Shown piece by piece: positions 49,590-62,037 of a stretch of 64,000 nucleotides of DNA. The notes below the pieces were generated by a model. It was not told where the DNA came from. It saw nothing but the letters and a program-made list of their open reading frames with translations, and made no database searches. Every line of letters starts with the position of its first letter. The stretch's first letter is position 1. Origin of the DNA: an uncultured Verrucomicrobiae bacterium (lineage in GTDB: Bacteria; Verrucomicrobiota; Verrucomicrobiia; Chthoniobacterales; JAFAMB01); assembly GCA_963736745.1 (NCBI GenBank), contig CAVTQD010000026.1, forward strand, positions 64,830 through 128,829, given 5' to 3'. Both the position numbers and the translations under genes were made by a program.

Positions 49590-51158
49590 TCAGGCGACGG
49601 CTTTCTCTGCCGGTGAAAAGTACGAGGCTTCAGAAGATGGAACGCTCTGAAAATCCGGCGCTTCCAAACTGGCAAGCGCTTGATCCCACAGCCCTTCTCT
49701 TCGAAGCATCGATACGACGCTCTTGTAAAAGATCAGAGCCGTTCCCAGCGAATGCGTGTCCTTTCCTCGGAACAGTTTTAAGGCTTCGCGCGGCACTCTG
49801 CCAAATTCTGGGCCCAATTGTTCGAATGAATGGATCATATTGCGCCAAAGAACGCTCGCTCTTGGGGCTGGGCTCTCAAATCTCTTGGCCTGGGGAAGAT
49901 TTTGGCTCAGGACTGCTACCCGTTCCAGGAAAGCATCCGGTGAATACAGCTTGTTAAGCAACCACTGAGTTCCGTAATGCAGTTGACCCAGAGTCATCTG
50001 TTTCGGGATGATATTTGTGCTGAGAAAAAAATCATCCATTGGCCGTTCTTTAAGACGCTTTTCCTGCATCAACCGCTTCTCCAGAGGCGTCCCCTCAGGT
50101 GCGTTCAACATAGTGATCGACGCCATAGGAATACCTGCCCACTGGAGGAAACTGTATTGATTCCGGAATGAATCCAATGTGTCCGCATCAAAGCCGCTGA
50201 TCATTCCCGCCTGAACCATCACCCCTTGGTTTTGAATAGTGTGGACATCAGAAATGAGATCGGATCGGACATTTTGACGCTTCTTCACCTCGCGCAAAGC
50301 ATCTTGGTTCGGCGTTTCCAGTCCGATGAAAGCCTGAGTCAAACCAGCATCGGAACAGGCACGCAGCAGTTCTGGATCTCTTACAATATCAACCGACAAT
50401 TGGGTCGAAAATGACGTTCGTTCTGGCTTCGTCCGATTCCAATCGGCAATCGCGCGAACAATTTCGAACGATTTCTTTTTGTTCGCCGTAAAGTTATCGT
50501 CGGACAAAAAGATGGCACGATAGCCCGCCTGGTACATACGCTCGATTTCGAGCACCACGCGTTCCGGTGTCTTATGGCGCTGCTTCCTCCCAAGGTAGAT
50601 AATCACGTCGCAGAACTCGCATTCAAAAGGGCAACCGCGACTGGTCTGAACGACACCCATCCAATAGGCATTGTTTCTAAGCTTCGATGCGTCCGGGATC
50701 GGAGAGACGCCGAGATCCACTGCTTCATTGGCTCGGTATTCATCTTTCCATCGCGCTGAGCGAAGATCATTGAGAAACTCGGGCCAAGTCTTTTCCGCTT
50801 CTCCAACGAAAAGAACATCCGCGTGCTGGCGGACTCTGGAGGAAGAGAGGGTCGCATAGGGGCCGCCGATCGCCACCAAGTCGCCTCGTCGGCGAAACTC
50901 GTCCGCTACCGCAAACATGCGCTTTTCGTGAGTGATGTATCCAGTAATGCCGACCAAGTCCCAGTGTTGCTCAAAATATGGTTCAATCGGCTCAATCATT
51001 TCATCCACCACCGTGACATCGAAGTCGGCCGGGGTCATTGCGGCCAACGTCGGCAGCGCAAGATTCGGCATGTAAGCCGGGCTGCCGGTGATATCTTCGA
51101 CATCGGAGAATGTGAAGAGGCTGGTCGCTTGCCCAGGACTGACAAGAAGGATTTTCAT
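49590..51158 (-). CDS. B12-binding (class B) radical SAM enzyme with DUF4070-like C-terminus
   Basis: The N-terminal cobalamin-binding-type domain reads MKILLVSPG...DLVGITGYI...AIGGPYAT. The radical-SAM cluster motif is SRGCPFECEFC. 522 aa from ATG 51158. Confidence 0.85.
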   Translation of the reverse strand: MKILLVSPGQATSLFTFSDVEDITGSPAYMPNLALPTLAAMTPADFDVTVVDEMIEPIEPYFEQHWDLVGITGYITHEKRMFAVADEFRRRGDLVAIGGPYATLSSSRVRQHADVLFVGEAEKTWPEFLNDLRSARWKDEYRANEAVDLGVSPIPDASKLRNNAYWMGVVQTSRGCPFECEFCDVIIYLGRKQRHKTPERVVLEIERMYQAGYRAIFLSDDNFTANKKKSFEIVRAIADWNRTKPERTSFSTQLSVDIVRDPELLRACSDAGLTQAFIGLETPNQDALREVKKRQNVRSDLISDVHTIQNQGVMVQAGMISGFDADTLDSFRNQYSFLQWAGIPMASITMLNAPEGTPLEKRLMQEKRLKERPMDDFFLSTNIIPKQMTLGQLHYGTQWLLNKLYSPDAFLERVAVLSQNLPQAKRFESPAPRASVLWRNMIHSFEQLGPEFGRVPREALKLFRGKDTHSLGTALIFYKSVVSMLRREGLWDQALASLEAPDFQSVPSSEASYFSPAEKAVA

Positions 51159-51264
51159 AAGTCGAGCATTACGTGCAGTTTGGCAAACCCGCAGCAGGTT
51201 GCGGGAAATCTCACTGACCCAACGGAAACGGGCAACACTTAGCAACTTTTGCTCTCAACGCCAA

Positions 51265-51498
51265 TCACTTAATGGGCTTCGAACCGGCAAAAGCATTCAT
51301 ACTGTTTATCAGGCTCTTCGGTCGCATGTCAGTCCAGTTTTGGTTGACATAGTCCAGACACGATCGGCGGCTCGCTGGGCCATGGACTGCCGCCCAGCCG
51401 GCTGGTACATCGATGAAGTCAGGCCAAAGCGAATGTTGTCCCTCGTCGTTGGTCAGCACCATGTAGGTACCGTTTTCGTCTTCGAATGGATTGGTCAT
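51265..51498 (-). CDS. MbtH-like protein
   Basis: [63 protein letters not shown] carries the invariant W-x-P...W...W pattern. Confidence 0.9.
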   Translation of the reverse strand: MTNPFEDENGTYMVLTNDEGQHSLWPDFIDVPAGWAAVHGPASRRSCLDYVNQNWTDMRPKSLINSMNAFAGSKPIK

Positions 51499-51510
51499 AG
51501 TGTGGGTCCT

Positions 51511-52431
51511 TCAGTTTTCAATCGGTGATTGGTCATGCACGGTGGCGCGCCGCCTCTCCAGCTCTGTTGCGACTACCCGGCTGATATCCGCCATCGGAAG
51601 CGGCCGTATCATTTGCGCGTGCCGGCAGACAACCGGGTGAACAACAATCTGCCCCGTGACGTAGCGTCTCCAGGCCTCCGTTGGAGGATTGATTTCCTCC
51701 TCGGTCGAGGTGAAAAGCAAAATATCGCCATCGAATTTTGCCGGAACAAAATTGCCCGCCAAACGTACGTTGTTTCTGTAGATCGCCAGCATTGCGCTGA
51801 GGTGATGGTCTTCGAGGTCAAATAGGACTTCACCCTCTCGACGGAGGCGCTTCTTGATGTCTGACAAGTTAAGCGGTTGTTCCGAAAAGCCTGCTGGATC
51901 GTATCCGAGTGCCTCGAGTTGGGCGATGATGATTTCTCGGTCGCCAGGGATGGTGAGCGGAATCTCTGAATCGATGGGGTAGCTGTCGAGCAGGACAAGG
52001 AGAGCAACTTTCTCGCCTTGAAGCTGGAGGCGACCTGCCAGCGAGTGAGCCACAAGTCCGCCAAAGGACCAGCCGAGCAGATGATAAGGGCCAACCGGTT
52101 GAATTGCGCGAATTTGATCGAGATAATCGGCCACCATCTCATCCAGAGTGTGGGGAGAACTCTCCGAATGATTAAAACCGCGTGCCTGCAGGCCGTAAAT
52201 TGGATAGTCGGGGCTGATGTGCTGCAGAAACCGCGCGTAGCACCAGCAGAGGCCGCCGGCTGGGTGGACACAGAAAATTGGTGCGAGGCTTCCCTCTGCC
52301 CTGAGCGGCAGTATGACGCCTACTGAACCGGCATCGGCTTCGAACCGACCCGCGAGCTTGGCAACAGTCGGCGCTTCAAATACGCTACGGATCGGTAGCT
52401 CAACGCCCAGCGTACTCCGGATGCGGCTCAC
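51511..52431 (-). CDS. NRPS terminal fragment: end of PCP plus thioesterase (TE) domain
   Basis: [25 protein letters not shown] (PCP helix 3-4), then TE: [14 protein letters not shown]...[15 protein letters not shown]...LLDSYP. It is separated from the upstream part by a frame change inside the PCP (C5 run 52457-52461). Confidence 0.85.
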   Translation of the reverse strand: MSRIRSTLGVELPIRSVFEAPTVAKLAGRFEADAGSVGVILPLRAEGSLAPIFCVHPAGGLCWCYARFLQHISPDYPIYGLQARGFNHSESSPHTLDEMVADYLDQIRAIQPVGPYHLLGWSFGGLVAHSLAGRLQLQGEKVALLVLLDSYPIDSEIPLTIPGDREIIIAQLEALGYDPAGFSEQPLNLSDIKKRLRREGEVLFDLEDHHLSAMLAIYRNNVRLAGNFVPAKFDGDILLFTSTEEEINPPTEAWRRYVTGQIVVHPVVCRHAQMIRPLPMADISRVVATELERRRATVHDQSPIEN

Positions 52432-53421
52432 AAGACGCGTCGCCAGCAGTGAGTGGCCCCCAGTTCAAAGAAGTTGTCGTCCATACCAACCCTGGGAACC
52501 GCCAGAGGTCTCGGCAAAGAGCGAGCAGAGGATCTCTTCCTGCGCTGTTCGCGGGGCACGATAAGCGGAGCACAGCTGGGATCTCCGGGGCCGGCAGTGC
52601 CTTACGGTCCAGCTTGCCGTTCGGCGTCAAGGGCAGAGCATCCAACGCACGATCGCGGCCGGAACCATGTATTCGGGCAGAGTTTGAACCAGGTGGGCAC
52701 GGAGGGCGGCGAAATCGGGGCCCTGGCCTTCGGCCGGTACCACGTGGCCCGACCAGCCGCTTGTCGCCCGGACGATCTTCTCGAGCCAGCACGGCAGCTT
52801 GACCCACCTCAGGATGGCGCAGCAGCGCCGCTTCGATCTCGCCGGGCTCAATGCGGAAGCCCCGGATCTTGACTCGCTGGTCCACCCGGCCCAAAAACTC
52901 CAGCACCCCATCGGCATGCCACCGCCCGAGGTCTCCAGTACGATACATCCGGCTGCCCGGAGGCCCGTAAGGATCAGCCACGAAACGCTCGGAGCTCAAC
53001 CCTGGCTGCCGGTGATAACCCCGCGCCAGCCCCACCCCGGCGATGTAGAGTTCACCGGCAACCCCAACGGGTACCTGCTGAAGGTTCCCATCCAGCACAT
53101 ATACCCGCGTGTTCAAAATCGGCCGCCCTATGCCAGGCGCGCACACCCCATCCTCATCCACCTCCAGGCAGGTGGACCAAATCGTCGTCTCCGTCGGCCC
53201 ATAGAGGTTGGTCACCCGGGCATCCCCCGGAAGTTCGCAGTTTCTGCCAGAGCCCCCTGGACAAGGCTTCTCCGCCCACCAGCATCCTCAGCCCGCCAAG
53301 ATCCGGAGCACTGTTGGTAACCGCGTTCCAAAGTGTCGGGGTCGCCTGCAGCATCGTCGTGCCACTTGCCTTGATCATTCCGATCAGTGCCGCTGGATCC
53401 TGAACTGTCTCCCAGGCACAA
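52400..53421 (-). CDS. NRPS last-module adenylation domain, C-terminal half, at least 5 frame changes as given
   Basis: Pieces in three frames read [150 protein letters not shown]. This is a near-copy of 55750-56200. Confidence 0.8.
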
Positions 53422-56400
53422 TCACCACCCGGGCACCGCTAATAACAGGGAGAAATAACTCAAGGGCGGCGATATCGAACCCAACGGTAGTTACCGCTAA
53501 GAGCCGCTCCTGAGGCTCCAGCGCAAAGTGCTCCTGCATCGCCACCAGGAAATTTGTCAAACCACCCTGGGTAACGACCACTCCTTTTGGCCGGCCGGTA
53601 GAGCCGGAGGTGTAAATGACGTACGCTGGATTTTGGGCGTGGAGCGTTTGGACGCGTTCGGCGTCGGAGGGATCGGTCTCTTGGCTCCGGGCCAGAGCTC
53701 GGGCCGTCTCCGGGCTGTCGAGGAGCATCCGAGTGATACTCTCGGGCAAACGCTCCGCGATTCGGGCAGTTGTCAGGACACAGGCCGGCTCAGCGTCCTG
53801 GAGCATATAAGCCAGCCGTTCCACGGGGTAATCTGGATCCAGCGGCAAGTAGGCCGCACCGGTCTTGAGGATACCCAATAGACTGGTCACCATGTCGAAA
53901 GACCGGGACAGGGCCACCGCTACCAGTTGCTCCGGGCCGATCCCCTGGCTTATGAGCAGGTGCGCCAACCGGTTGGCCCGCACATTGAGCTCAGCGTAAC
54001 TGAGCTTGCTCTCCTCAAAGACCAACGCCACCGCCTCCGGGCTCCGGGCAACCTGCGCCTCGAACAGTTCCGGCAAAGTGGCCGCAGCCGCTTCACACTC
54101 CGTCGCGTTCCAATCCACCAGCAGCTGGCGCCGTTCCTCATGCTTCAGAATATCGATACGTCCAATCGACTGCGCAGGCTCGGCCGCCACCGCTTCCAGC
54201 AAACGCACCAGTCGCCGCCCGATGGACTGCACCGTGCCGGACTCGAAGAGATCCGTTCGGTATTCTATGAACCCGTTAATCCCCTCCGCAATGCCCTCTG
54301 CCCCACGGCGCTCGTTCAGGTTGAACAAAAGATCAAACTTCGCGGTGCGGGTAGGCACTGACTCTAGCCTTGCCTCGAGCTCCGGCAGCTCCAGGCTTGC
54401 TCCCGGAGTGTTTTGGAAGGCCAGTATCACCTGGAAGAGCGGATGGCGCCCTAGTGAACGCGCCGGGTTGAGAATCTCCACCAACCGCTCAAAGGGTAGC
54501 TCCTGATGCGCAAAGGCGGCCAGATCCGCGTTCCGCACCCGGATCAGTAATTCGCTAAAGCTGGGTTCACCCGAGGCATCGGTTCGCAAGACCAGGGTAT
54601 TGACAAAGAAGCCCACCAACTCTTCCAGCGCCTGATCGGTGCGTCCAGCTATCGCGCTGCCAATAGGTATATCGGTCCCTGCACCCAGCCGGCTCAGTAA
54701 CGCTGCCAGCCCAGCCTGCAGCACCATGAAGAGGCTGGCCCGATGATCTCGTGCCAAATCCAGCAAACCACGGTGCAACTCCAAGTTGATCTCCAGGGGA
54801 ACGCTCTCCCCTCGATAACTGGCCACCGCCAGCCGGGGCCGATCAGTCGGCAGTTCCAGCTGCTCAGGCAGTCCCGCCAGCGTCTTGGTCCAGAAAGCAA
54901 TCTGGCGCCCAATGACGCTTCGGGGATCGCTTTCGGTTCCCAACAGCTGCTGCTGCCACAATGTGTAATCAGCATACTGCACCGGCAGCGCTTCTAACCG
55001 GGGCTCCTCTCCTTTTAGGCGGGCTGCGTAAGCCCCTGCCAAATCTCGCCCCAGCGGTCCTAAGGACCAGCCGTCGCTGGCAATGTGATGTTGAACCAAC
55101 AGCAGCACATGTTGGTTCTGCTGCAAACCAAACAGCTGGACCCGAAAGGGTATCTCAGTGCTCAGATCAAAGCTCTGTTCGGCCGCCGCACTCAGAGCCA
55201 GAGCAAGATCCGCTTCGCTCACCGGCACAACTTTGAGTACCGGTTGGACCTTAGCCGGCTCCACAATGAGCTGATGGGGTACCCCTTGGACCTCGGCAAA
55301 GATAGTACGCAGGCTTTCGTGACGCCGGACTAAGTCGCCCAATGCCGCCTCCAAAGCGCTCACCTCCAACGGCCCACTGAGGCGCACCGCCACCGGAATA
55401 TTGTAGGTCGGACTGGGTCCTTCCAGCCGGTCCAGAAACCAGAGCCGGCGTTGCGCAAAAGAGAGCGGGATCTTGGCCGGACGTAACATCGGCTTAAGCG
55501 GTGCTCTGGCCCCTTGAGCAGCGTTGAGTCGCTCCGCAAGCGTGGCAACTGTCGGCGCTTCAAATACGCTGCGGATCGCTAGCTCAACCCCCAGCGTACT
55601 GCGAATGCGGCTCGCCAGGCGAGTCGCCACTAAGGAGTGGCCACCCAGTTCAAAGAAGTTATCGTCCATACCAACCCTGGGAACATTCAGAGTCTCGGCA
55701 AAGAGCGAGCAGAGGATCTCTTCCTGCGCTGTCCGCGGTGCCTGATAAGCGGTGCCAATTGAGATCTCCGGGGCCGGCAGTGCCTTACGGTCCAGTTTGC
55801 CGTTCGGCGTCAAGGGCAAAGCCTCCAAGCGCACAATCGCAGCCGGAACCATGTATTCGGGCAGAGTTTGAACCAGGTCAGCACGGAGGGCAGCAAAATC
55901 GGGGCCCTGGCCTTCGGCCGGCACCACGTAGGCGACCAACCGCTTGTCGCCCGGACGATCTTCTCGAGCCAACACAGCAGCTTGACCCACCTCAGGATGG
56001 CGCAGCAGCGCCGCTTCGATCTCGCCGGGCTCAATGCGGAAGCCCCGGATCTTGACTTGCTGGTCCACCCGGCCCAAAAACTCCAGCACCCCATCGGCAC
56101 GCCACCGCCCCAGGTCCCCCGTTCTATACATCCGGCTGCCCGGTGGCCCGTACGGATTAGCGACGAAACGCTCCGCGCTTAAACTTGCCCGATTCAAATA
56201 ACCTCGCGCCAGCCCCGCCCCGGCAATGTAAAGCTCACCCGCCGTCCCAACCGGCAGCGAGCACAAGCCGGAATCCAGGACATACAACTGCGTGTTCCAG
56301 ATCGGACGGCCAATCGGCGCATGGAAAGGCCAACAGGAGGAGTCCGGCGGAAACTCGTAAGCAGTGGCAACGTGCGTTTCGGTCGGGCCATAATGATTGT

Positions 56401-59400
56401 GGAGTCCTCTGGATCCCAGACCAAACAGGTCTCGCAGCCGGTGTTTCAGGGTAAAGGCCTCGCCGGCTTGAGCGATGCTGGTCAAAGCGCTTAGTGCGGA
56501 GCGTCGCTCAACAGAGGCGTCGCCAAGCGCCTCGAGGACGTAGTTTGTTGCAAACAATTCATTGATCCTGTGCTGGTCAAGCCAATCAATGAATTTCTCG
56601 GGTCTCCGGCGAATTTCATCGGTGGAAACGAATAACGTCTTTCCCTTGAGCAACGCGGAGAGAATTTCCTGGATCGACACATCAAAGGTAATCGCCGTGA
56701 ACTGCACAACCCCAGTTCCGGGTCCGCCTTGGAAAACAGATCCGTGCCAGGCAAGCAGGTTTGCCAATGCGCTTCCTGGCATCGCTACTCCTTTCGGCCT
56801 GCCGGTGGAGCCGGAGGTGTACATGACATAGGCCAGGTTCTGGGCCTGCAGCGGTTGGATTCGTTGAGCATCCGAGGGATTGGACTCCTGGCATTGCGCT
56901 AAAGCCCAGGAAATTTCCAAGTCGTCAGCCGGGATCTGCGCGAACCGACCCGGCAGCCGCTGAGCAATCCGGTTGATGGTCAGGACACAGGCCGGCTGAG
57001 CATCCTGGAGCATATGAGCCAGCCGCTCAGCAGGGTAGTCCGGATCCAAAGGCAGATAGGCGGCACCGGCTTTGAGGATGCCCACCAACCCCACCACCAT
57101 CTCAATGGAGCGGGGCAGAGCGATCGCCACCAGATCCTCCGGTCCGATGCCGCGGCTAATCAGCAAGTGAGCCAACCGGTTGGCCCGCTCATTGAGCTCC
57201 GCGTAACTGAGCCCGCTCTCCTCAAAGACCAAGGCCACCGCCTCCGGGCTCCGGGCAACCTGCGCCTCGAACAATTCCGGCAAAGTGGCCGCAGCCACTT
57301 CACACTCCGTCGCGTTCCAGTCCACCAGCAGCTGCTGCCGTTCTTGGGGCTCCAGGATATCAATGCGTCCGATCGATCGCGCCGGCTCGGCCACTACCGC
57401 TTCCAGCAAACCCACCAGACGCCGCCCAATGGACTCCACAGTGCTTCGCTCAAACAGATCCGGGCGATATTGGAGCCGCAACCGCAGCCGCCGCCCAGGG
57501 ATCGCGATCAGACTCAGCGCATAGTGCGTGGCATCGTAACCTTCTACGCTGGTGAAGCGCAGCCCGCCCACCACTTCGGTCAGCCGGCTGCGATCCACTG
57601 GATAGTTCTCCAGGATCATCAGCGTATCGAAGAGCTGCCCCAAGCCCGTCACCCGCTGGATCTCAGTCAAACCCAGATGCTGGTAACCTACAAGTTGACT
57701 CTGATCGGCCTGCAGCCGGCTAAAGAAATTGCTCAAGGGCTCGCTTGGACGCAGCCTTACCCGCACCGGTATGGTATTGATAAACAATCCAACCATGGTT
57801 TCGATCCCGGCAATCTCTGCCGGCCGGCCCGCTACGGTCGTGCCAAAGACTACGTCCTGCTGGCCGCTCAGTTTCCAAAGCACCATGGCCCACACCCCTT
57901 CCAGGATGGTATTCAGCGTCACCCCCAGGCTGCGGGTCTGCTGGAGGAGGGCTTCAGTCAGGGCTTCCGGTAACTCCCGCACTATCTGCTCGGGCGCCGT
58001 GGCCCTGCCCCCAGGCTCAACCGATGCCAGACAGGTCGGCTCCTCCAACCCCGCCAGCGCGTTCTGCCACGCAGCGACAGCCTCGGCCCGATCCTGTGCG
58101 GCGATCCAGCCCAGATACTCTCGATAGGGGGTCACCCGCCCTAAAACGTTATCCGGACTGTTGCTCGCATAAAATTCGAATAACTCACCCAACAGCACCG
58201 GCAGCGACCAGCCGTCCATTAAAATGTGATGATTGGTGATGACCAGCTGATGTTGGTTGGCAGCAAGCCGAATTAAGGTGAAACGAACCAAGGGCGCTGA
58301 GCCGATGTCGAATCGCCAAGCGCGATCTTCGCTGAGGAACCGAGCCAACTGCTCCTTGCGCGTCAACTCATCGAACCCTGAAAAATCCATCTCACGCCAA
58401 GGCAGAGCCGCCTCGGGCACGACGACTTGCACGGGCTGGCTCAGACCACCGTAGTAAAAGCAGGCGCGCAGGTTGGAATGGCGCCGCAGCACGGCTTGGG
58501 CGGCTACTCGGAGTTTTTCCCCATTCAATGATCCTTCCAAACCCAGTACCAGTTGCACGGCGTAAAGGTCCGACGCCTCAGGATCGTAGAGAGCATGAAA
58601 CAATAGGCCCTCCTGCAAAGGCGAAAGCGGCAAGATCTCTTCGATTCCGGTGTGTTCGCTCTCCAGCCGATCAATCTCCGCCTGGGTCAGGCTCACCAGC
58701 CGAAAGTCCGAGGGCGTATGCCCTCCTGCCCCCGGCTCCGCTGCGTGACGGACCAGTGCCCTCAGCGCCTGGAACCATTCCTGCGCCAAATCCCTGACCG
58801 CCTGCTCAGACAAAAGCGTACTGGGCCATGCCCAGGTAACGCTCAGCTGGGGGCCATCGGACCGCTCAAGAGCGATCGCATTGACTTCCAGACTATGGGC
58901 CGGCGACAACTCGGAATTTATACTGCTGCCAAGCACCGTTTCAGCCTCAGGCGCGATTCCCCACTCGGTTGCCTCGGACTCGCCGAAGCGACCCAAATAA
59001 TTGAAGCCGATCTGCGGGCTGCCTAGCACTGCCAGATCCGATGCCGCCTCCTTGTGGAGGTACCTCAACAGGCCATAGCCCAGACCAGCATCGGGCAACG
59101 CACGCAACTGTTCCTTGATCCGCTTGAACGCCTGGCCCAGGGCCGCTCCGCCCTTCAAAGCTTGTTCTAAATCAAGCTCGCCAGCGTCAAGCCTCACCGG
59201 AAAGAGGCTGGTAAACCAGCCCACCGTCCGTGAATGATCAACTCCAGCAAAGAGCTCCTCCCGCCCATGACCCTCCAGGTCAATTAGCACCGCGTTAGTG
59301 CGCTTACCTGGTGCGCGGCGTCCGCGCCAGCTGGCCATTGCGACAACCAGGGCCGTCAGCAGCACGTCATTAACTCGACCGTGGAAGGCAGCCGGTACGC

Positions 59401-59752
59401 TGGTCAATAGCGGAAAAGTAACCTCTGCCGGCAGACTCAGAGTGAAGTGTCGCGTGGTGGCAAAGCTATCCCGCTCAGGATCAAGGGGCCGATCACTCAC
59501 CAACGGATCAGGCTCACTGAGGGTGGCCTTCCAAAAGGGCAGCTCTTCGAGCCGGGCCGGCTCTTGGGCCGCCGCACTGAGCCGTTCTGCCCAACGCCGA
59601 AACGATGTGCCGCAGGCTTGCAGCCGAGGAAGCTGCTCCGCAGCGATCGCCTCAAAGGCGGCGGCAAGATCAGACACCAGGATCCGCCAGGAGACTCCGT
59701 CTACGGCCAGATGATGAATGCTCAAGAGAAGCCTGCCCCAATTGATCGTCAC
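53384..59752 (-). CDS. NRPS fragment (2122-aa ORF): E domain (most of it) - C (DCL type) - A - PCP - C (LCL type) - A (N-terminal half)
   Basis: E motif [10 protein letters not shown] (about 59690-59720). [13 protein letters not shown] and [10 protein letters not shown] (about 58210-58240). A motif [15 protein letters not shown] (about 56795-56835). [12 protein letters not shown] (55637-55663). [13 protein letters not shown] and [10 protein letters not shown] (about 55070-55100). Second A motif [15 protein letters not shown] (about 53585-53625). Confidence 0.9.
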   Translation of the reverse strand: MTINWGRLLLSIHHLAVDGVSWRILVSDLAAAFEAIAAEQLPRLQACGTSFRRWAERLSAAAQEPARLEELPFWKATLSEPDPLVSDRPLDPERDSFATTRHFTLSLPAEVTFPLLTSVPAAFHGRVNDVLLTALVVAMASWRGRRAPGKRTNAVLIDLEGHGREELFAGVDHSRTVGWFTSLFPVRLDAGELDLEQALKGGAALGQAFKRIKEQLRALPDAGLGYGLLRYLHKEAASDLAVLGSPQIGFNYLGRFGESEATEWGIAPEAETVLGSSINSELSPAHSLEVNAIALERSDGPQLSVTWAWPSTLLSEQAVRDLAQEWFQALRALVRHAAEPGAGGHTPSDFRLVSLTQAEIDRLESEHTGIEEILPLSPLQEGLLFHALYDPEASDLYAVQLVLGLEGSLNGEKLRVAAQAVLRRHSNLRACFYYGGLSQPVQVVVPEAALPWREMDFSGFDELTRKEQLARFLSEDRAWRFDIGSAPLVRFTLIRLAANQHQLVITNHHILMDGWSLPVLLGELFEFYASNSPDNVLGRVTPYREYLGWIAAQDRAEAVAAWQNALAGLEEPTCLASVEPGGRATAPEQIVRELPEALTEALLQQTRSLGVTLNTILEGVWAMVLWKLSGQQDVVFGTTVAGRPAEIAGIETMVGLFINTIPVRVRLRPSEPLSNFFSRLQADQSQLVGYQHLGLTEIQRVTGLGQLFDTLMILENYPVDRSRLTEVVGGLRFTSVEGYDATHYALSLIAIPGRRLRLRLQYRPDLFERSTVESIGRRLVGLLEAVVAEPARSIGRIDILEPQERQQLLVDWNATECEVAAATLPELFEAQVARSPEAVALVFEESGLSYAELNERANRLAHLLISRGIGPEDLVAIALPRSIEMVVGLVGILKAGAAYLPLDPDYPAERLAHMLQDAQPACVLTINRIAQRLPGRFAQIPADDLEISWALAQCQESNPSDAQRIQPLQAQNLAYVMYTSGSTGRPKGVAMPGSALANLLAWHGSVFQGGPGTGVVQFTAITFDVSIQEILSALLKGKTLFVSTDEIRRRPEKFIDWLDQHRINELFATNYVLEALGDASVERRSALSALTSIAQAGEAFTLKHRLRDLFGLGSRGLHNHYGPTETHVATAYEFPPDSSCWPFHAPIGRPIWNTQLYVLDSGLCSLPVGTAGELYIAGAGLARGYLNRASLSAERFVANPYGPPGSRMYRTGDLGRWRADGVLEFLGRVDQQVKIRGFRIEPGEIEAALLRHPEVGQAAVLAREDRPGDKRLVAYVVPAEGQGPDFAALRADLVQTLPEYMVPAAIVRLEALPLTPNGKLDRKALPAPEISIGTAYQAPRTAQEEILCSLFAETLNVPRVGMDDNFFELGGHSLVATRLASRIRSTLGVELAIRSVFEAPTVATLAERLNAAQGARAPLKPMLRPAKIPLSFAQRRLWFLDRLEGPSPTYNIPVAVRLSGPLEVSALEAALGDLVRRHESLRTIFAEVQGVPHQLIVEPAKVQPVLKVVPVSEADLALALSAAAEQSFDLSTEIPFRVQLFGLQQNQHVLLLVQHHIASDGWSLGPLGRDLAGAYAARLKGEEPRLEALPVQYADYTLWQQQLLGTESDPRSVIGRQIAFWTKTLAGLPEQLELPTDRPRLAVASYRGESVPLEINLELHRGLLDLARDHRASLFMVLQAGLAALLSRLGAGTDIPIGSAIAGRTDQALEELVGFFVNTLVLRTDASGEPSFSELLIRVRNADLAAFAHQELPFERLVEILNPARSLGRHPLFQVILAFQNTPGASLELPELEARLESVPTRTAKFDLLFNLNERRGAEGIAEGINGFIEYRTDLFESGTVQSIGRRLVRLLEAVAAEPAQSIGRIDILKHEERRQLLVDWNATECEAAAATLPELFEAQVARSPEAVALVFEESKLSYAELNVRANRLAHLLISQGIGPEQLVAVALSRSFDMVTSLLGILKTGAAYLPLDPDYPVERLAYMLQDAEPACVLTTARIAERLPESITRMLLDSPETARALARSQETDPSDAERVQTLHAQNPAYVIYTSGSTGRPKGVVVTQGGLTNFLVAMQEHFALEPQERLLAVTTVGFDIAALELFLPVISGARVVIVPGRQFRIQRH

Positions 59753-61457
59753 CTGCGTCGAACCAGACCGCTTGAAGCATTACCCCAACTTGCGGATCAA
59801 GACGCGTCCTGGCCTCTTGCGCTTGCGCTCTCATGAGAGCCAGCCGGGCCAGCTCGTCGAGCCCCGACACATCCACCCGCCGCACGCAGGCCGCGGCGAC
59901 CATTGTCCCAGGCGCAGGGATCTCCAGGCTCCAATCACCGCTACCCGAGGCACGCACCATCCGCAGACGCAAAGCGTCATGGTGATCGAGCAGAACTTGC
60001 ACAGCTCCGACGAGCTGCTCTTCCCTCAGCCTGGCTGGCAGCCGCAAAAGCATCGACTGGCTGAAGTGTCGGATCGAGCCCTCACGCTCCAAGAGCCAGC
60101 GCATGATGGGGGTCAGCGGTAGCGTGCCTACCCCGTCGAGCTCGGCAGCAGGCAGCGTCTCTACGTTACTCGCCACGGAGGCTAGTGCTTCGACACTCTG
60201 ATACTGAAAGATATCCCGTGCAGTGATCCGTAATCCGGCTTTGCGGGCTCGGCTTACAAGCTGGATGGAGCTGATGCTGTCGCCCCCCAGCGCAAAGAAG
60301 TTGTCTTCCAGTCCGATCCTTTGAACACCAAGGATCTCCGTAAAAAGGGAACTGAGTATCTTTTCCTGAACCGTGCCTGGAGCCCGCCGGCCGGCCGTGG
60401 CGCTCGCCCTCAACTCAGGAGCCGGCAGCGCCTTACGGTCCAGCTTACCATTGGGGGTCAACGGCAGAGCTTCAAGCACCACAATTGCCGTTGGCACCAT
60501 GTACTCGGGGAACAGTCGGCCAAGATAACTGCTCAGCACCGCGGGCTCAGCTCCCTCGCCATCGGCGCCCACCACATAACCGACCAGCCGCTTGTCCCCC
60601 GGCCGATCCTCGCGCCCGATCACCGCCGCCTGGGCCACCCCGGGATGGCGGGCCAGCGCCGCCTCGATCTCACCAGGCTCAATGCGAAAACCCCGAATCT
60701 TAAGCTGCTGGTCAGCTCGACCCAGAAACTCAATGTCGCCATCGGGGCGATAGCGCGCCAGATCTCCGGTCCTGTACATCCGGCCTTCACCGAAAGGATT
60801 TGAGACAAATCTTCCCGCGGTTAATTCTTGGTTCCCGAGGTAACCCTCTGCCAGTCCGATTCCTCCAATGTAGAGTTCCCCAATAACACCAAACGGAACC
60901 GGAGCCAGGTGCTCATTCAGGACAAACGCCGTTGTGTTTGCAATCGGCTTCCCGATCGGGATCGACACAGACCCATCCGGCACTTCCTTCACTTCATGGT
61001 ACAGAGCGAATGTCGTAGTCTCAGTTGGTCCGTAGGCGTTGATTAAATGTTGCGGTGCACCCTTTTTCAAGACCGCGGCGACGCTATGCGGGTCTGCTGC
61101 CTCTCCTGCGAACAAGACATAGCGAACATCAGAGAAAGCGGCGGGTTGTTCCCGCGCCATTAAATTGAACAGCGAAGTTGTCAGGAGCAGGGTTGTGATT
61201 CCGCGTCGCCTGATTTCCGATGCCAACTCCGCTGCAGCCAAGGTGACGTCCCGATCGATTACGACCAGTCTGGCCCCGTTGAGGAGCGCACCCCAGATTT
61301 CGAAGGTCGCTAAATCAAAGCAACAATTGGCAACCTGAGCAACAACATCGGTCGGCCGCAAATCAACATAGTTGGTGTTGCGAACCAGTCGAACCACACC
61401 CCGGTGCGGGATCGCGACACCTTTCGGGTTGCCCGTTGATCCCGAGGTGTACATCAC
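59670..61457 (-). CDS. NRPS fragment: A domain (from core A3) - PCP - start of E domain
   Basis: [85 protein letters not shown] (about 60272-60305, the GGDSI type usual before E domains), then E-domain N-terminus. Confidence 0.9.
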   Translation of the reverse strand: MMYTSGSTGNPKGVAIPHRGVVRLVRNTNYVDLRPTDVVAQVANCCFDLATFEIWGALLNGARLVVIDRDVTLAAAELASEIRRRGITTLLLTTSLFNLMAREQPAAFSDVRYVLFAGEAADPHSVAAVLKKGAPQHLINAYGPTETTTFALYHEVKEVPDGSVSIPIGKPIANTTAFVLNEHLAPVPFGVIGELYIGGIGLAEGYLGNQELTAGRFVSNPFGEGRMYRTGDLARYRPDGDIEFLGRADQQLKIRGFRIEPGEIEAALARHPGVAQAAVIGREDRPGDKRLVGYVVGADGEGAEPAVLSSYLGRLFPEYMVPTAIVVLEALPLTPNGKLDRKALPAPELRASATAGRRAPGTVQEKILSSLFTEILGVQRIGLEDNFFALGGDSISSIQLVSRARKAGLRITARDIFQYQSVEALASVASNVETLPAAELDGVGTLPLTPIMRWLLEREGSIRHFSQSMLLRLPARLREEQLVGAVQVLLDHHDALRLRMVRASGSGDWSLEIPAPGTMVAAACVRRVDVSGLDELARLALMRAQAQEARTRLDPQVGVMLQAVWFDAGDDQLGQASLEHSSSGRRRSLLADPGV

Positions 61458-61467
61458 GTAGGCGCGG

Positions 61468-62037
61468 CTATCCCCGTCCAGCCGAATATGGCGAGGCCCG
61501 GGAGCTTTTAGACTCGTTTATATCCTCGACGTAAATCACCGTCTTCCCAGAACTCTCGACCTCGGACTCCAGGCCCCGCGTTGTCAACAATACCTCCACC
61601 CCTGCGAGCATCAGTCTGCGCCTCGCCACGGGGTAAGAGGGGTCGATCGGCACGTAAGCTCCCCCGGCTTTTAGGATCGCGACCATCGAGGCGACCATCT
61701 CGGCTGACCTATCGAGGGACAGACCAACCAGACTCCCGGCTGGGAAACCGACCGCGGCAAGCGCAGCAGCGAGCTCGTTAGCTCTCTTATTCAACGTTTG
61801 ATAGCTCCAAACCGTGCTGCCATGCTCGACGGCCACGGCCTCCGGGCGGCGAGCAACCTGCTCCTCGAACAGCTCAGTCAAGCTGGCCTGCGGGACTTCA
61901 CGTGCCGTCGCGTTCCACTCCACCAGCAGCCGGCGGCGTTCTTCCGGGCTGAGCAAATTCGCCCCACTCCGGGACTCTGGTGCTTCGGCAATGGAGTGAA
62001 GCGCTCTGAGGTAGTAGTCGCCCGATGCGTGCGACAT
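61468..62037 (-). CDS. NRPS fragment: N-terminal part of the same A domain
   Basis: LLVEWNATAREVPQASLTELFEEQVARRPEAVAVEHGSTVWSYQTLNKRANELAAAL...LKAGGAYVPIDPSYP. The frame changes near 61480 before the A3 motif. Confidence 0.85.
   Translation of the reverse strand: MSHASGDYYLRALHSIAEAPESRSGANLLSPEERRRLLVEWNATAREVPQASLTELFEEQVARRPEAVAVEHGSTVWSYQTLNKRANELAAALAAVGFPAGSLVGLSLDRSAEMVASMVAILKAGGAYVPIDPSYPVARRRLMLAGVEVLLTTRGLESEVESSGKTVIYVEDINESKSSRASPYSAGRG

Noticed and set aside
57014-57973. Long antisense or alternative-frame ORFs inside large genes, for example 57014-57973 (319 aa), 45375-46424 (349 aa), 28378-29202 (274 aa), 12512-13429 (305 aa) and 19873-20493 (206 aa)
   Set aside because: These are shadow ORFs opposite or overlapping genes with strong homology-type evidence. 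Their translations are Arg/Pro/Gly-rich and lack recognisable motifs.
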